Positions 9,282 through 20,533 of a DNA stretch of 64,000 nucleotides are shown here, one piece after another; position 1 is the stretch's first letter; every line of letters begins with the position of its first letter. The notes beneath the pieces were generated by a model. That model ran no database searches, had not been told where the DNA came from, and saw only the letters and a list, made by a program, of their open reading frames with translations. The DNA is from Shigella phage ESh24. The stretch lies in sequence record ON528734; one strand, given 5' to 3'. The position numbers and the translations under genes are program-made.

Positions 9282-9316
9282 ATGTCCTCCTTTAAATTAA
9301 TATTTATCATAAATTT

Positions 9317-9348
9317 GTTTACTTTCTCAGCTTGTTATGGTATTATAA
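9317..9348 (+). promoter_or_regulatory. Early promoter upstream of the 186-aa ORF and dam
   Basis: GTTTAC 9317-9322, TATTATAA 9341-9348. Confidence 0.55.
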
Positions 9349-9371
9349 AATAAATTGCTGAGGATGATATA

Positions 9372-10711
<1,340 letters not shown>

Positions 10712-10771
10712 TTGCTTACATATTCAAATGATATAATTATTTAACTTATTAATGAATTGAAAGGAAAAATA

Positions 10772-11290
10772 ATGGCTCACTTTAATGAATGTTCACAACT
10801 GATCGAAGGCGCTGATAAAGCTCAAAATGAATATTGGGATATTCTCGGTGATGAAAAAGACCCGCTGCAGGTTATGCTTGACATGCAGAAATCTTTGCAG
10901 GTTCGTTTAGCTAAAGATAAACCTGAATATAACCGTCATCCTGATGATTTGGCTACTGCAGGTGAAGTTGTTGATTGGCTGCGTAATCAGAAAGATTATA
11001 TTGACGATGAATTCCGTGAACTTCTGACTTCTCTTGGTGGTATGAGTAATGGTGAAAAAGACGCATCTGCTGTATGGAAACCTTGGAAGTCGCAGCATGG
11101 TGAACGTCGTGAAACTCTGATTACTGATTTGTCTCCACAGGACCAGTTAGAAATCAAATTCGAAATGATTGATATTCTCCATTTTGTTCTGAACATGTTT
11201 CAAGGTCTTGGTCTTACAGCAGAAGAAATCTTTAAACTTTATTATCTGAAAAATGCTGAAAATTTCGCTCGTCAAGACCGAGGTTATTAA
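10772..11290 (+). CDS. 56: dCTP pyrophosphatase gp56
   Basis: 172 aa from ATG 10772 (track ORF starts at an upstream TTG); matches T4 gp56. Confidence 0.9.
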   Translation: MAHFNECSQLIEGADKAQNEYWDILGDEKDPLQVMLDMQKSLQVRLAKDKPEYNRHPDDLATAGEVVDWLRNQKDYIDDEFRELLTSLGGMSNGEKDASAVWKPWKSQHGERRETLITDLSPQDQLEIKFEMIDILHFVLNMFQGLGLTAEEIFKLYYLKNAENFARQDRGY

Positions 11291-11320
11291 CAGCTCGTCT
11301 TAAAAGCCGCGAGAATTTAT

Positions 11321-11328
11321 TATAAATA
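11321..11328 (+). promoter_or_regulatory. Late promoter for soc
   Basis: Exact TATAAATA about 30 bp upstream of the soc ATG. Confidence 0.75.
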
Positions 11329-11358
11329 ATCATGTAATTTAAATAAAAGGAGAATTAC

Positions 11359-11604
11359 ATGGCTAGTACTCGCGGTTATGTTAATATCAAAACATTTGAG
11401 CAGAAATTAGATGGAAATAAGAAAATTGAAGGAAAGGAAATTTCAGTAGCTTTCCCTCTTTATTCTGACGTTCACAAAATTTCTGGTGCTCATTACCAGA
11501 CGTTCCCTTCAGAAAAAGCAGCATATACTACTGTATATGAAGAAAATCAGCGTACTGAATGGATTGCTGCAAACGAAGATTTGTGGAAAGTAACTGGTGG
11601 TTAA
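11359..11604 (+). CDS. soc: Small outer capsid protein Soc
   Basis: 81-aa ORF matching recalled T4 Soc. Confidence 0.9.
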   Translation: MASTRGYVNIKTFEQKLDGNKKIEGKEISVAFPLYSDVHKISGAHYQTFPSEKAAYTTVYEENQRTEWIAANEDLWKVTGG

Positions 11605-11612
11605 TAATTCAA

Positions 11613-11635
11613 GGACTCCTTCGGGAGTCCTTTTT
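11613..11635 (+). terminator. Rho-independent terminator after soc
   Basis: GGACTCC-TTCG-GGAGTCC hairpin plus T-run. Confidence 0.75.
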
Positions 11636-11701
11636 CATTTAAACGGTTTACTTTCCAAAATGAGTATGGTATAATAAAATTATCTTATAGAGGAGAGCAC
11701 T

Positions 11702-11914
11702 ATGTTAAATCGTTGGATTAAACCAAATGAAGACCTCCAGAAGGTTCTTGATAAAGCTATCTCTGATAAATGGGGTATGAAAAGCTGGGATTGCGATGTC
11801 GTTACGCATTCATTCATGATGCATGCAGATGGTTCAGTCGAGTTCAATGCTGAAATGCGATACACTGACTGGGGTGGATTTCAAAGAGTCGAATTTCAAA
11901 GAGGCTTTTTGTAA
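11702..11914 (+). CDS. Hypothetical protein (70 aa)
   Basis: ORF with GAGGAG RBS. Confidence 0.55.
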   Translation: MLNRWIKPNEDLQKVLDKAISDKWGMKSWDCDVVTHSFMMHADGSVEFNAEMRYTDWGGFQRVEFQRGFL

Positions 11915-12252
11915 TGTTTATCTTTAATTGGTTTAAAAGTTTCTTTACGGATTTTTTCTCTACGACTCCTGGGGAAGGTGTAGTTCCTATTTCAAATGAC
12001 TACCTTCCTTTAACTGTAGTTGAGTATGTTTATATGGGAGATGGAACAGTAGAAGAAGTTACTATGACTTATGAAGAAGCCCAAGAATATTATAAAAATC
12101 CTTGGCGCTGGTCAGTACCTACATCATCTAACACACAGAATACACAGTCTAGTTCTGATTCATATGATACTAATGTTCCTGTTCATGTATGGGCGGGTGA
12201 TTCATGCGGAAGTTCTTGTGATTCTGGCTGTTCATCTACATCTTGTGATTGA
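11914..12252 (+). CDS. Hypothetical protein (112 aa) with Ser/Cys-rich C-terminal tail
   Basis: Hydrophobic N-terminus; C-terminus [17 protein letters not shown]. Confidence 0.55.
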   Translation: MFIFNWFKSFFTDFFSTTPGEGVVPISNDYLPLTVVEYVYMGDGTVEEVTMTYEEAQEYYKNPWRWSVPTSSNTQNTQSSSDSYDTNVPVHVWAGDSCGSSCDSGCSSTSCD

Positions 12253-12260
12253 GGAAAATT

Positions 12261-12746
12261 ATGGAAGCGATTTTGTTTGAAATGTATATTAGCAGTAATA
12301 GCATGTCGTTTGCTAAAGATGTTCCAATTACTGTAGCCGTAATGATTGATAAGGGTTATTGTGACCCAATGTATCTCGTAGAAAATTTCGTTTCAATGCC
12401 AGTTCCAGAAGATGCTGAAATAAAACTTAAAAAGATCGGAATTATTGAAACTGTGCCAAATATTCCGTTTAGAGCAATTGAAGCATTTACTAAATCCGAA
12501 TACATTAATGTTAACACAGAAAAATATAATGATAAACCTTTATCTTTCTATTCATATGATTCAGTATATAGTTGGAAAATAGATAAAGGAAATAAATTTA
12601 TAATTGTGAGTGAAGACGCTTTATCATACTTTATTTCTTCTGTATGGAATATTTTAAATCCAAATTTGCTAAAAATTCATGAATTTGACGGTGTCCATAC
12701 TATTGTTTTAGGTAAAATAAATGAAAGCTCTCAAGAAGATTCTTGA
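12261..12746 (+). CDS. mrh: Mrh-like protein (161 aa from ATG 12261)
   Basis: GAGGAAAATT-ATG; length matches recalled T4 mrh; position between soc and modB. Confidence 0.5.
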   Translation: MEAILFEMYISSNSMSFAKDVPITVAVMIDKGYCDPMYLVENFVSMPVPEDAEIKLKKIGIIETVPNIPFRAIEAFTKSEYINVNTEKYNDKPLSFYSYDSVYSWKIDKGNKFIIVSEDALSYFISSVWNILNPNLLKIHEFDGVHTIVLGKINESSQEDS

Positions 12747-12924
12747 ATGGTTCAATAGACCAAACTCAATGTATATTGATGATGGTTGGGTTGAACAGGC
12801 AAATAAAGAAATGCAGAATGAATCGGAAGAATGGATGAAATCAATGATTAGTGCTGAGAAAGAAAAGAAATTAGAGCGCTCAGCGCTTAAATTGATGAGA
12901 GACATCTATGGGGATAAATCGTGA
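12721..12924 (+). CDS. Hypothetical protein (67 aa)
   Basis: ORF overlapping previous gene end. Confidence 0.45.
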
Positions 12925-12932
12925 ACAAAGAT

Positions 12933-13085
12933 ATGACGTTAGAAGAGGCTAAAGCAAAAGCAAATGAAGCAATGGATTTGCTTCTTAAAATCGGCAGTAA
13001 AATGATGGAAGAAAATGAGAAATATATCCAGGAAAACAAAATTCCCGATGGTCCATTAGTAGGCAAAAGGAAATCACATGATTGA
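12933..13085 (+). CDS. Hypothetical small protein (50 aa)
   Basis: Short ORF, stop overlaps next start. Confidence 0.35.
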
Positions 13086-13548
13086 AGTAGCAAAATTATA
13101 TTCAATAGAATTTATGTCTAAAGAAGGTAAATCAGTAAATACACTTGATAAAAAATGCTCATTAATTATTCCTTTAGCAGAAAATCCGGATATTTTAATT
13201 AAAGATATAAAAGAAAGAAAATATCCAGAAAATGTTATTCTAATTATAAAGCATACTGAAGATATTTTGCAAAATACAGATTCACCATTTTCTTCTTCTG
13301 AAGCTTTAACTATTAAAGGCTATAAAAGAGCTCATGAATATGGTCTTTTTGACATGTTTGAAGACGATAAAGTTAAATTAGCGAGTCAACCTTCTAAAAG
13401 TAAAACATTCATTATTGAAGATATTAAAGATATAAATGCATTTGTTAGGATGGTCTGGGCTCATTTTGATGTTGGACTACGCTGGAGAATGTCCGAAGAA
13501 GAAAGAAAGATTGTTGAAGCTAATCGTCAATTTGGTTTTTATCGCTAG
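13078..13548 (+). CDS. Hypothetical protein (156 aa)
   Basis: ORF in the modA.2-4 region. Confidence 0.55.
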
Positions 13549-13556
13549 GAATTAAT

Positions 13557-13739
13557 ATGGATTTATTTGAGATGTTAGAAGATAATCATTCTACGAATAA
13601 CCAGAATGATTCTAGTGATTATAAGAAAGAGTACCGTATAGTATTACAGAATTATGGAATTGAAGCCCCAGATGCTCTTCTAGAAGAACTAGCTTCATAC
13701 CATCTTGACCCTCCGCCTTGGGCTCCCTGGGCAAAATAA
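13557..13739 (+). CDS. Hypothetical protein (60 aa)
   Basis: Short ORF. Confidence 0.4.
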   Translation: MDLFEMLEDNHSTNNQNDSSDYKKEYRIVLQNYGIEAPDALLEELASYHLDPPPWAPWAK

Positions 13740-13750
13740 TTCAAAAAGTT

Positions 13751-13782
13751 GTTTACTTTCCTTTCTAACGATGATATGATAG
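13751..13782 (+). promoter_or_regulatory. Early promoter upstream of modB
   Basis: GTTTAC then GATATGATAG. Confidence 0.5.
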
Positions 13783-13806
13783 CTTCTGAAGTATACGGAG
13801 GCTATC

Positions 13807-14430
13807 ATGATTATTAATCCTGCAGATGTTGAACAGTTATCTATAAAAGCTGAAAGCGTTGATTTTCAATATGATATGTATAAAAAAGTCTGTGAAAAAT
13901 TTACTGACTTTGAGCAGTCTGTTCTTTGGCAATGTATGGAAGCCAAAAAGAATGAAGCTCTTCACAGACAGTTGAATAAAATCATTAAAAAGCATTTAAC
14001 TAAATCGCCATATCAGTTATATCGTGGTATATCAAAATCGACAAAAGAGCTCATTAAAGATTTACAAGTTGGAGAAGTGTTTTCAACGAACAGAGTAGAT
14101 TCATTTACTACTAGTTTGCACACAGCATGCGGTTTTTCTTATGTTGAGTATTTCACTGAAATAATATTTCGCTTAAAAACTGATAAAGCTTTTAATTACT
14201 CTGACCATATCAGCGATATTATACTTTCTTCTCCTAATACTGAGTTTAAGTACACGTATGAAGATACTGATGGGTTAGATTCAGAAAGAACTGATAACTT
14301 AATGATGATTGTGCGTGAACAAGAATGGATGATTCCAATTGGAAAGTATAAAATAACTTCTATTTCAAAAGAAAAATTACACGATTCATTTGGAACATTT
14401 AAAGTGTATGATATTGAGGTAGTTGAATGA
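13807..14430 (+). CDS. modB: ADP-ribosyltransferase ModB
   Basis: 207 aa; paralogous to the downstream ModA; matches T4 ModB length. Confidence 0.8.
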   Translation: MIINPADVEQLSIKAESVDFQYDMYKKVCEKFTDFEQSVLWQCMEAKKNEALHRQLNKIIKKHLTKSPYQLYRGISKSTKELIKDLQVGEVFSTNRVDSFTTSLHTACGFSYVEYFTEIIFRLKTDKAFNYSDHISDIILSSPNTEFKYTYEDTDGLDSERTDNLMMIVREQEWMIPIGKYKITSISKEKLHDSFGTFKVYDIEVVE

Positions 14431-15029
14431 AATACTCAGTAATGCAATTAAAAGATTTTAAAATAAAATCAATGGATGCATCGGTGCGTGCTTCTATTCG
14501 TGAAGAATTACTTTCTGAAGGGTTTAATTTATCTGAAATTGAACTTTTAATTCATTGTATTACCAACAAACCAGATGACCATACTTGGTTAAATGAAATA
14601 ATTAAATCTCGTTTGGTTCCAAACGATAAACCTCTTTGGAGAGGTGTTCCAGCTGAGACTAAGCAGGTGTTAAATCAAGGAATTGATATTATTACATTTG
14701 ATAAAGTCGTATCAGCTTCATATGATAAAAATATAGCTCTACATTTTGCTTCCGGTTTAGAGTATAACACACAGGTTATTTTTGAATTCAAAGCTCCTAT
14801 GGTATTCAATTTCCAGGAGTATGCTATAAAAGCTCTACGCTGTAAAGAATACAATCCAAACTTTAAGTTTCCGGATAGCCATCGTTATCGTAATATGGAA
14901 TTAGTTTCAGATGAACAAGAAGTAATGATACCAGCTGGAAGTGTATTTAGAATTGCAGATAGATATGAGTATAAAAAGTATTCAACATACACTATCTATA
15001 CTCTTGATTTTGAAGGATTTAATCTATAA
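14427..15029 (+). CDS. modA: ADP-ribosyltransferase ModA
   Basis: 200 aa; matches T4 ModA length and position. Confidence 0.8.
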   Translation: MKYSVMQLKDFKIKSMDASVRASIREELLSEGFNLSEIELLIHCITNKPDDHTWLNEIIKSRLVPNDKPLWRGVPAETKQVLNQGIDIITFDKVVSASYDKNIALHFASGLEYNTQVIFEFKAPMVFNFQEYAIKALRCKEYNPNFKFPDSHRYRNMELVSDEQEVMIPAGSVFRIADRYEYKKYSTYTIYTLDFEGFNL

Positions 15030-15085
15030 TGGAAGGACTTAGATTCATTATACCACGAAAGTTTTAAAGCATTTTACATAAAGTT

Positions 15086-15118
15086 GTTTACAAGTTAAAG
15101 TAAAAATGTTATAGTATA
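15086..15118 (+). promoter_or_regulatory. Early promoter upstream of srd
   Basis: GTTTACA then TATAGTAT. Confidence 0.5.
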
Positions 15119-15151
15119 GTAGTCAAACCGTCCGTAAGATGTGAGAAAAAT

Positions 15152-15898
15152 ATGAAACTGTCTAATAATCAAATTCGTAAAATTAAACGTCGTTTAGAGC
15201 ATACTCAGGCATCTGCTAAAAGACGTTCTAAAGATTTTAACTTAGACTTCAATTACATTAAGAACATTTTAGACCAAAAAGTTTGCGCTTACTCGGGAGA
15301 ACCTTTTGATAATCGTATTGAAGGAGAGAAATTATCATTAGAACGTTTTGATAATAACATTGGATACATTAAAGGGAATGTTATTGCAGTAAAGAAAAAG
15401 TATAATACATTTCGTTCTGATTATACTTTAGAAGAGTTGATTGAAAAACGGGATTTATTTGCTTTGCGAATTGGTCGTTCATCTGCGAAAAAAGTTCATA
15501 AACTAAATTTAGATGAAAAGAAATGGGCTAAAATCAAAAAGACTTATAATCAAATTAAAGCTATACAGAAAAAACGTGAAAACCGAATTGAACACATTTC
15601 TCAGCTTTCTAAATCAAAACAAACCGCTGATATTAAATTAACTATTGTAGCACTTAAAGCTCGTATTGATGGTTCTCGTATAGCAGAAGGCGCTGAAGTT
15701 GTTAAATTGAACGTTCTTCTTAAAGGCTCGGATTGGAAAATTGTGAAAAAGTTGTCAGAAGCAGAAATGCAATATGACATGTGTGATAAAATTATTCAAG
15801 GTGTAGAGCGGTATCAAAACTTGTCTTTTATTGATAAACTTAAACTGAAAAGAGGATACCCGCTAAATTGTTCAATTTTTAAACTTATCCGAGGATAA
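15152..15898 (+). CDS. srd: Srd (sigma-like, similarity to rpoD) protein
   Basis: 248-aa basic protein at the T4 srd position between modA and dda. Confidence 0.7.
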   Translation: MKLSNNQIRKIKRRLEHTQASAKRRSKDFNLDFNYIKNILDQKVCAYSGEPFDNRIEGEKLSLERFDNNIGYIKGNVIAVKKKYNTFRSDYTLEELIEKRDLFALRIGRSSAKKVHKLNLDEKKWAKIKKTYNQIKAIQKKRENRIEHISQLSKSKQTADIKLTIVALKARIDGSRIAEGAEVVKLNVLLKGSDWKIVKKLSEAEMQYDMCDKIIQGVERYQNLSFIDKLKLKRGYPLNCSIFKLIRG

Positions 15899-15899
15899 T

Positions 15900-16211
15900 A
15901 TGGTTTATGTATATGCGATAGTGTATAGAGATAAGGATGGATTTACGGCACCAGTTCCACTTGATGAACATCGTCCTGCTGTATTTTTTGAATGGAATAT
16001 TGCTGATAAAGTATTTACCACTCTTAAAGAGCAGTATCAACTAGCTTTAGGTAAGGGAATTCCAAGATTAGTTGAGACTCCACGTAAATTTTGGTTTAAT
16101 AAAATAGAAGTTAAACATGTTAAGCCTGATGTAGACACACAAAGATTATATCAGCGAATTTTAGATACTGGGCGTATTGTTAGTATTCCAATTGCAGGGA
16201 CTTTCCGATGA
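15900..16211 (+). CDS. Hypothetical protein (dda.1 position)
   Basis: 103-aa ORF overlapping the dda start. Confidence 0.55.
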   Translation: MVYVYAIVYRDKDGFTAPVPLDEHRPAVFFEWNIADKVFTTLKEQYQLALGKGIPRLVETPRKFWFNKIEVKHVKPDVDTQRLYQRILDTGRIVSIPIAGTFR

Positions 16212-17527
16212 CATTTGATGATTTGACCGAAGGCCAGAAAAATGCCTTTAACATTGTTATGAGGGCTATTAAAGAAAAGAAACATCATGTAACTATTAAT
16301 GGACCTGCTGGTACTGGTAAGACTACTCTTACTAAGTTCATCATTGAAGCTTTAATATCTACGGGTGAAACTGGTATTATTTTAGCAGCTCCTACTCATG
16401 CAGCTAAAAAGATTCTTTCAAAACTGTCGGGGAAAGAAGCGAGTACTATTCACAGTATTCTTAAAATTAACCCAGTAACATATGAAGAAAATGTTCTTTT
16501 TGAACAGAAGGAAGTGCCAGATTTAGCTAAATGTAGGGTATTAATCTGCGACGAAGTGTCAATGTATGATAGAAAGCTATTTAAAATTCTGCTTTCAACT
16601 ATCCCGCCGTGGTGTACTATAATTGGAATAGGTGATAATAAGCAAATTAGACCTGTTGACCCAGGAGAAAACACTGCTTATATCAGTCCATTCTTTACAC
16701 ACAAAGATTTTTATCAGTGTGAACTTACTGAAGTTAAACGCAGTAATGCTCCTATTATTGATGTAGCTACTGATGTTCGCAACGGTAAGTGGATTTATGA
16801 TAAAGTTGTTGACGGTCATGGAGTACGTGGATTTACTGGTGATACCGCTTTACGTGATTTTATGGTAAATTATTTTTCAATCGTCAAATCACTAGATGAT
16901 TTGTTTGAAAATCGCGTAATGGCATTTACGAATAAATCTGTTGATAAGTTAAATAGCATTATTCGTAAAAAGATTTTTGAAACTGATAAAGATTTTATTG
17001 TCGGTGAAATTATTGTAATGCAGGAACCATTAATTAAAACATATAAAATTGATGGAAAGCCTGTATCAGAAATTATTTTTAATAACGGACAATTAGTTCG
17101 TATTATAGAAGCAGAGTATACATCAACATTTGTTAAAGCTCGTGGTGTTCCTGGAGAATATCTAATTCGTCATTGGGATTTAACAGTAGAAACTTACGGC
17201 GATGATGAATATTATCGTGAAAAGATTAAAATAATTTCATCTGATGAAGAGCTGTATAAGTTTAACTTATTTTTAGGTAAAACAGCAGAAACTTATAAGA
17301 ACTGGAATAAAGGCGGAAAAGCTCCGTGGAGTGATTTTTGGGATGCTAAATCACAGTTCAGTAAAGTGAAAGCACTTCCTGCATCAACATTCCATAAAGC
17401 GCAGGGCATGTCTGTAGACCGTGCTTTCATTTATACGCCTTGTATTCATTATGCAGATGCTGAATTGGCTCAACAACTTCTTTATGTTGGTGTTACCCGT
17501 GGTCGTTATGATGTGTTTTATGTATGA
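16208..17527 (+). CDS. dda: Dda DNA helicase (SF1B)
   Basis: 439 aa; Walker A GPAGTGKT; near-identical to recalled T4 Dda. Confidence 0.95.
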   Translation: MTFDDLTEGQKNAFNIVMRAIKEKKHHVTINGPAGTGKTTLTKFIIEALISTGETGIILAAPTHAAKKILSKLSGKEASTIHSILKINPVTYEENVLFEQKEVPDLAKCRVLICDEVSMYDRKLFKILLSTIPPWCTIIGIGDNKQIRPVDPGENTAYISPFFTHKDFYQCELTEVKRSNAPIIDVATDVRNGKWIYDKVVDGHGVRGFTGDTALRDFMVNYFSIVKSLDDLFENRVMAFTNKSVDKLNSIIRKKIFETDKDFIVGEIIVMQEPLIKTYKIDGKPVSEIIFNNGQLVRIIEAEYTSTFVKARGVPGEYLIRHWDLTVETYGDDEYYREKIKIISSDEELYKFNLFLGKTAETYKNWNKGGKAPWSDFWDAKSQFSKVKALPASTFHKAQGMSVDRAFIYTPCIHYADAELAQQLLYVGVTRGRYDVFYV

Positions 17528-17548
17528 TTAAATTTGAGGAAGCTATTC

Positions 17549-17794
17549 GTGGAAATAACTAAAGACCAGTTTTATCTACTTCAAGATAAAGTGAGCGAAA
17601 TATATGAAATAGCTTATAGTAAAAATTATAGAAATGTAAAAATTGAATCAGGCAAGTTAATGCTTCAATTGGAAGAAATTGAACGAGATTTGATTGCGTT
17701 AGAATTCTTTTGTGGTGAAGTGAAAACTGTTACAATCAGTGATTACATTTTAGGTGAAATTAGCCATCTTTATAAGGTGATTATTAATGTTTGA
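17549..17794 (+). CDS. Hypothetical protein (about 81 aa; GTG start after GAGGAA)
   Basis: ORF between dda and dexA. Confidence 0.45.
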   Translation: MEITKDQFYLLQDKVSEIYEIAYSKNYRNVKIESGKLMLQLEEIERDLIALEFFCGEVKTVTISDYILGEISHLYKVIINV

Positions 17795-18470
17795 TTTTAT
17801 TATAGATTTTGAAACAATGGGAAGTGGTGAAAAAGCAGCTGTTATTGATTTGGCTGTTATTGCCTTTGACCCTAATCCAGAGGTAGTTGAAACATTTGAT
17901 GAATTAGTTTCGCGCGGCATTAAAATCAAATTTGATTTAAAAAGCCAAAAAGGACATCGTCTTTTTACTAAAAGCACTATTGAATGGTGGAAAAATCAGT
18001 CTCCTGAAGCTCGAAAAAATATTGCACAATCAGATGAAGATGTAAGCACTATCGATGGTATTGTAAAATTTAATGATTACATCAATGCACATAACATCGA
18101 TCCCTGGAAATCTCAGGGTTGGTGCCGTGGAATGTCGTTTGATTTTCCAATTTTAGTCGATCTCATTCGCGATATTCAACGTCTTAACGGCGTTTCCGAG
18201 AATGAGCTTGATACGTTTAAGTTAGAACCTTGTAAATTCTGGAATCAGCGTGATATTCGTACCAGAATTGAAGCACTTCTCCTTGTTCGTGATATGACCA
18301 CGTGTCCTCTTCCAAAGGGAACTTTAGATGGATTCGTTGCGCATAATTCTATTCATGACTGTGCGAAAGACATTCTGATGATGAAGTATGCTTTGCGATA
18401 TGCTATGGGTCTTGAAGATGCTCCATCAGAGGAAGAGTGCGATCCTCTGTCTCTTCCAACAAAACGATAA
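17787..18470 (+). CDS. dexA: Exonuclease A (DexA), DnaQ-like 3'-5' exonuclease
   Basis: 227 aa; DEDDh motifs (IIDFETMG, HNSIHDCAKD). Confidence 0.9.
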   Translation: MFDFIIDFETMGSGEKAAVIDLAVIAFDPNPEVVETFDELVSRGIKIKFDLKSQKGHRLFTKSTIEWWKNQSPEARKNIAQSDEDVSTIDGIVKFNDYINAHNIDPWKSQGWCRGMSFDFPILVDLIRDIQRLNGVSENELDTFKLEPCKFWNQRDIRTRIEALLLVRDMTTCPLPKGTLDGFVAHNSIHDCAKDILMMKYALRYAMGLEDAPSEEECDPLSLPTKR

Positions 18471-18476
18471 AAAGTT

Positions 18477-18508
18477 GTTTACTTCCTCGGTTAGTTGTGG
18501 TATTATAA
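18477..18508 (+). promoter_or_regulatory. Early promoter
   Basis: GTTTAC 18477-18482, TATTAT 18501-18506. Confidence 0.55.
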
Positions 18509-18533
18509 CACCATAGCTACTGAGGATAATAAA

Positions 18534-19031
18534 ATGAAAATTTATCGTGTTGAATCATCGTTTAGTATTCTTGATTATGAAGATGCTATAACAATACGTC
18601 GAAATCTTTGTGTTCAAATAACGCCGTACAGGAGTATAATAGATTCATGGAGCGAAGAGTGGCTATTACACGTAGGTTATGACAGACCTAATTTTATGCA
18701 TCATAGCGATAATAAAAGAATTCCTTTACCACACGAAGATAAACTATTAGTTAAAAACGCTAATATAGTAATTAATACTAAGTTCAAGAAAGATTATGTT
18801 GGAGTAGAATATCATATTCCAGGATGGTTTATAGCTCTTTATCATTTTGCTTTCGCTAGTGAATATGATATGATGAGATGGTTCACACGAGAAGAGAGGG
18901 AAGAATTATCTTCTAAAGGATTTTATCTTGCTGTATACGAAGTTCCTGAAGATGAAGTTATCATTGGTGGGCACCAAGTAATGTTCCGCAAATCGCATGC
19001 TGAACTTGTAGATTTTATTGAAATGAGATAA
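18534..19031 (+). CDS. Hypothetical protein (motB-region; 165 aa from ATG 18534)
   Basis: ORF with GAGGA RBS after the early promoter. Confidence 0.55.
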   Translation: MKIYRVESSFSILDYEDAITIRRNLCVQITPYRSIIDSWSEEWLLHVGYDRPNFMHHSDNKRIPLPHEDKLLVKNANIVINTKFKKDYVGVEYHIPGWFIALYHFAFASEYDMMRWFTREEREELSSKGFYLAVYEVPEDEVIIGGHQVMFRKSHAELVDFIEMR

Positions 19032-19033
19032 TT

Positions 19034-19579
19034 ATGAAATTTAATTATAATCCTGAATGCATACCAAATCCGGTAGCTAAACTGATTGATTTTGATGTTG
19101 TAAGCACTTATGTATGCCCTGTTAAACCACTGGAAATTAAGGAACCTACTATGACTACCGCTATTGAAATCGGCAAAACCTACAAACTGGTTGAACCTAA
19201 AATTAAAACTAATGCCTTGATTTCTGGTCATAAAACTCTGACTGATGTTTTTGGCGAAGGCGAATTTATTGTTGAAGAATTTGCCAAAAGTGAGTGGTTT
19301 AACAAATCTTACGTCATCCACGGTCGCCGGTTAGATAATAACAAAATAAAGAAAAACCTGGTTTATGAAGATGAGTTCATCCTGTTCCAAGAAGTTGAAG
19401 AACAAGACCCTACAGACCTGTTGTGTGCTGCTGTGTCTATCCGTCGTCCTTTTGATAATCCTATCTGTGGTTGGGTAACAGACCAGTGGATTGAAGATGG
19501 TGTTGAGCTTCTGAACGTTGTCCATGCAGGAGATTTTAGTGTAGTACCTCGTAGTGCGGTGGTAGCTATTTTGAATTAA
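19034..19579 (+). CDS. Hypothetical protein (181 aa), paralog of 19657..20145
   Basis: C-terminal CGWVTDQWIEDGVELLNVV shared with the next ORF. Confidence 0.65.
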   Translation: MKFNYNPECIPNPVAKLIDFDVVSTYVCPVKPLEIKEPTMTTAIEIGKTYKLVEPKIKTNALISGHKTLTDVFGEGEFIVEEFAKSEWFNKSYVIHGRRLDNNKIKKNLVYEDEFILFQEVEEQDPTDLLCAAVSIRRPFDNPICGWVTDQWIEDGVELLNVVHAGDFSVVPRSAVVAILN

Positions 19580-19581
19580 TA

Positions 19582-19611
19582 GTTTACAAACTCTTGGGAC
19601 CAGAGTATAAT
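19582..19611 (+). promoter_or_regulatory. Early promoter
   Basis: GTTTAC 19582-19587, TATAAT 19606-19611. Confidence 0.6.
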
Positions 19612-19656
19612 GGTCCTGTGGAGTATAAAAATCTTTTTAACAAGTGAGAGATAACT

Positions 19657-20145
19657 ATGATTATTAATATTGGTGAAATTGCTCGTGTATCTGATAAATC
19701 CCGTTCTAAAGCAGCAGGAAAATTGGTCGAAATTGTAAGCATTCAGCTTAAACACGGCGTTAAAGATGAAGATTCTGAAGTAAAAGTGCGTATCATTCCT
19801 AAAGATGGAAAGTCTAAACCTCAGTTTGGTTATGTTCGTGCGAAATTTCTTGAATCTGCGTTTTTGAAAGCTGTTCCCGCTAAAGGAATTGAAACGATTG
19901 ATACTTCGCATGTAGGTGTAGACTTTAAGTGGAAACTCGGTCAAGCTATTAAGTTCATTGCTCCTTGTGAATTTAAATTTATCAAAGATGATGGAAAGGC
20001 TGCTTATACTCGCGCTATGTGTGGATACATTACCGATCAATGGGTAGAAGATGGCGTTAAGTTGTACAACGTGGTATTTTTAGGAACATACAAAGTCATT
20101 CCTGAAAGTTGGATTAAACACTATAGCAATGCTCTCTATGCATAA
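19657..20145 (+). CDS. Hypothetical protein (162 aa; possibly MotB by size), paralog of 19034..19579
   Basis: C-terminal CGYITDQWVEDGVKLYNVV; 162 aa equals T4 MotB length but identity is unverified. Confidence 0.6.
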   Translation: MIINIGEIARVSDKSRSKAAGKLVEIVSIQLKHGVKDEDSEVKVRIIPKDGKSKPQFGYVRAKFLESAFLKAVPAKGIETIDTSHVGVDFKWKLGQAIKFIAPCEFKFIKDDGKAAYTRAMCGYITDQWVEDGVKLYNVVFLGTYKVIPESWIKHYSNALYA

Positions 20146-20181
20146 AGTTTAAAATTTTTTCATAAAACTATATACATCAGT

Positions 20182-20224
20182 AGTTGATTATGGTACTATA
20201 TCAATATCAACTACTGATATAGAA
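20182..20224 (+). promoter_or_regulatory. Early promoter embedded in a 13-bp perfect inverted repeat
   Basis: ATCAGTAGTTGAT-tatggtactatatcaat-ATCAACTACTGAT. Confidence 0.5.
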
Positions 20225-20317
20225 AACAACTTGGAGAATAAAATGGATAATTCGTTAAAGGTGCTGATACTCTTCTGAAACGCATCGCTCCAATGTTCAA
20301 TTAATGAGGAAATTGTA

Positions 20318-20533
20318 ATGAAACGTAAAATTGTTCAGAACTGCACTAATGACGAATTTGAAGATGTATTATTTGATCCAGATTTGGTAGTGGTTCAAAA
20401 GGAACACACTATTAAGTTTACTCACTTGACTTCTGTTTATGTGTATGAGAAAGTCGGTGATAAACAGCCAATTTACGGTGTATTTCGTGAAATTACTGAA
20501 GACGGCACAACTTACTGGAAGGAAATTTATTAA
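20318..20533 (+). CDS. Hypothetical protein (71 aa; cef position)
   Basis: ORF with GAGGAAA RBS. Confidence 0.5.
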   Translation: MKRKIVQNCTNDEFEDVLFDPDLVVVQKEHTIKFTHLTSVYVYEKVGDKQPIYGVFREITEDGTTYWKEIY

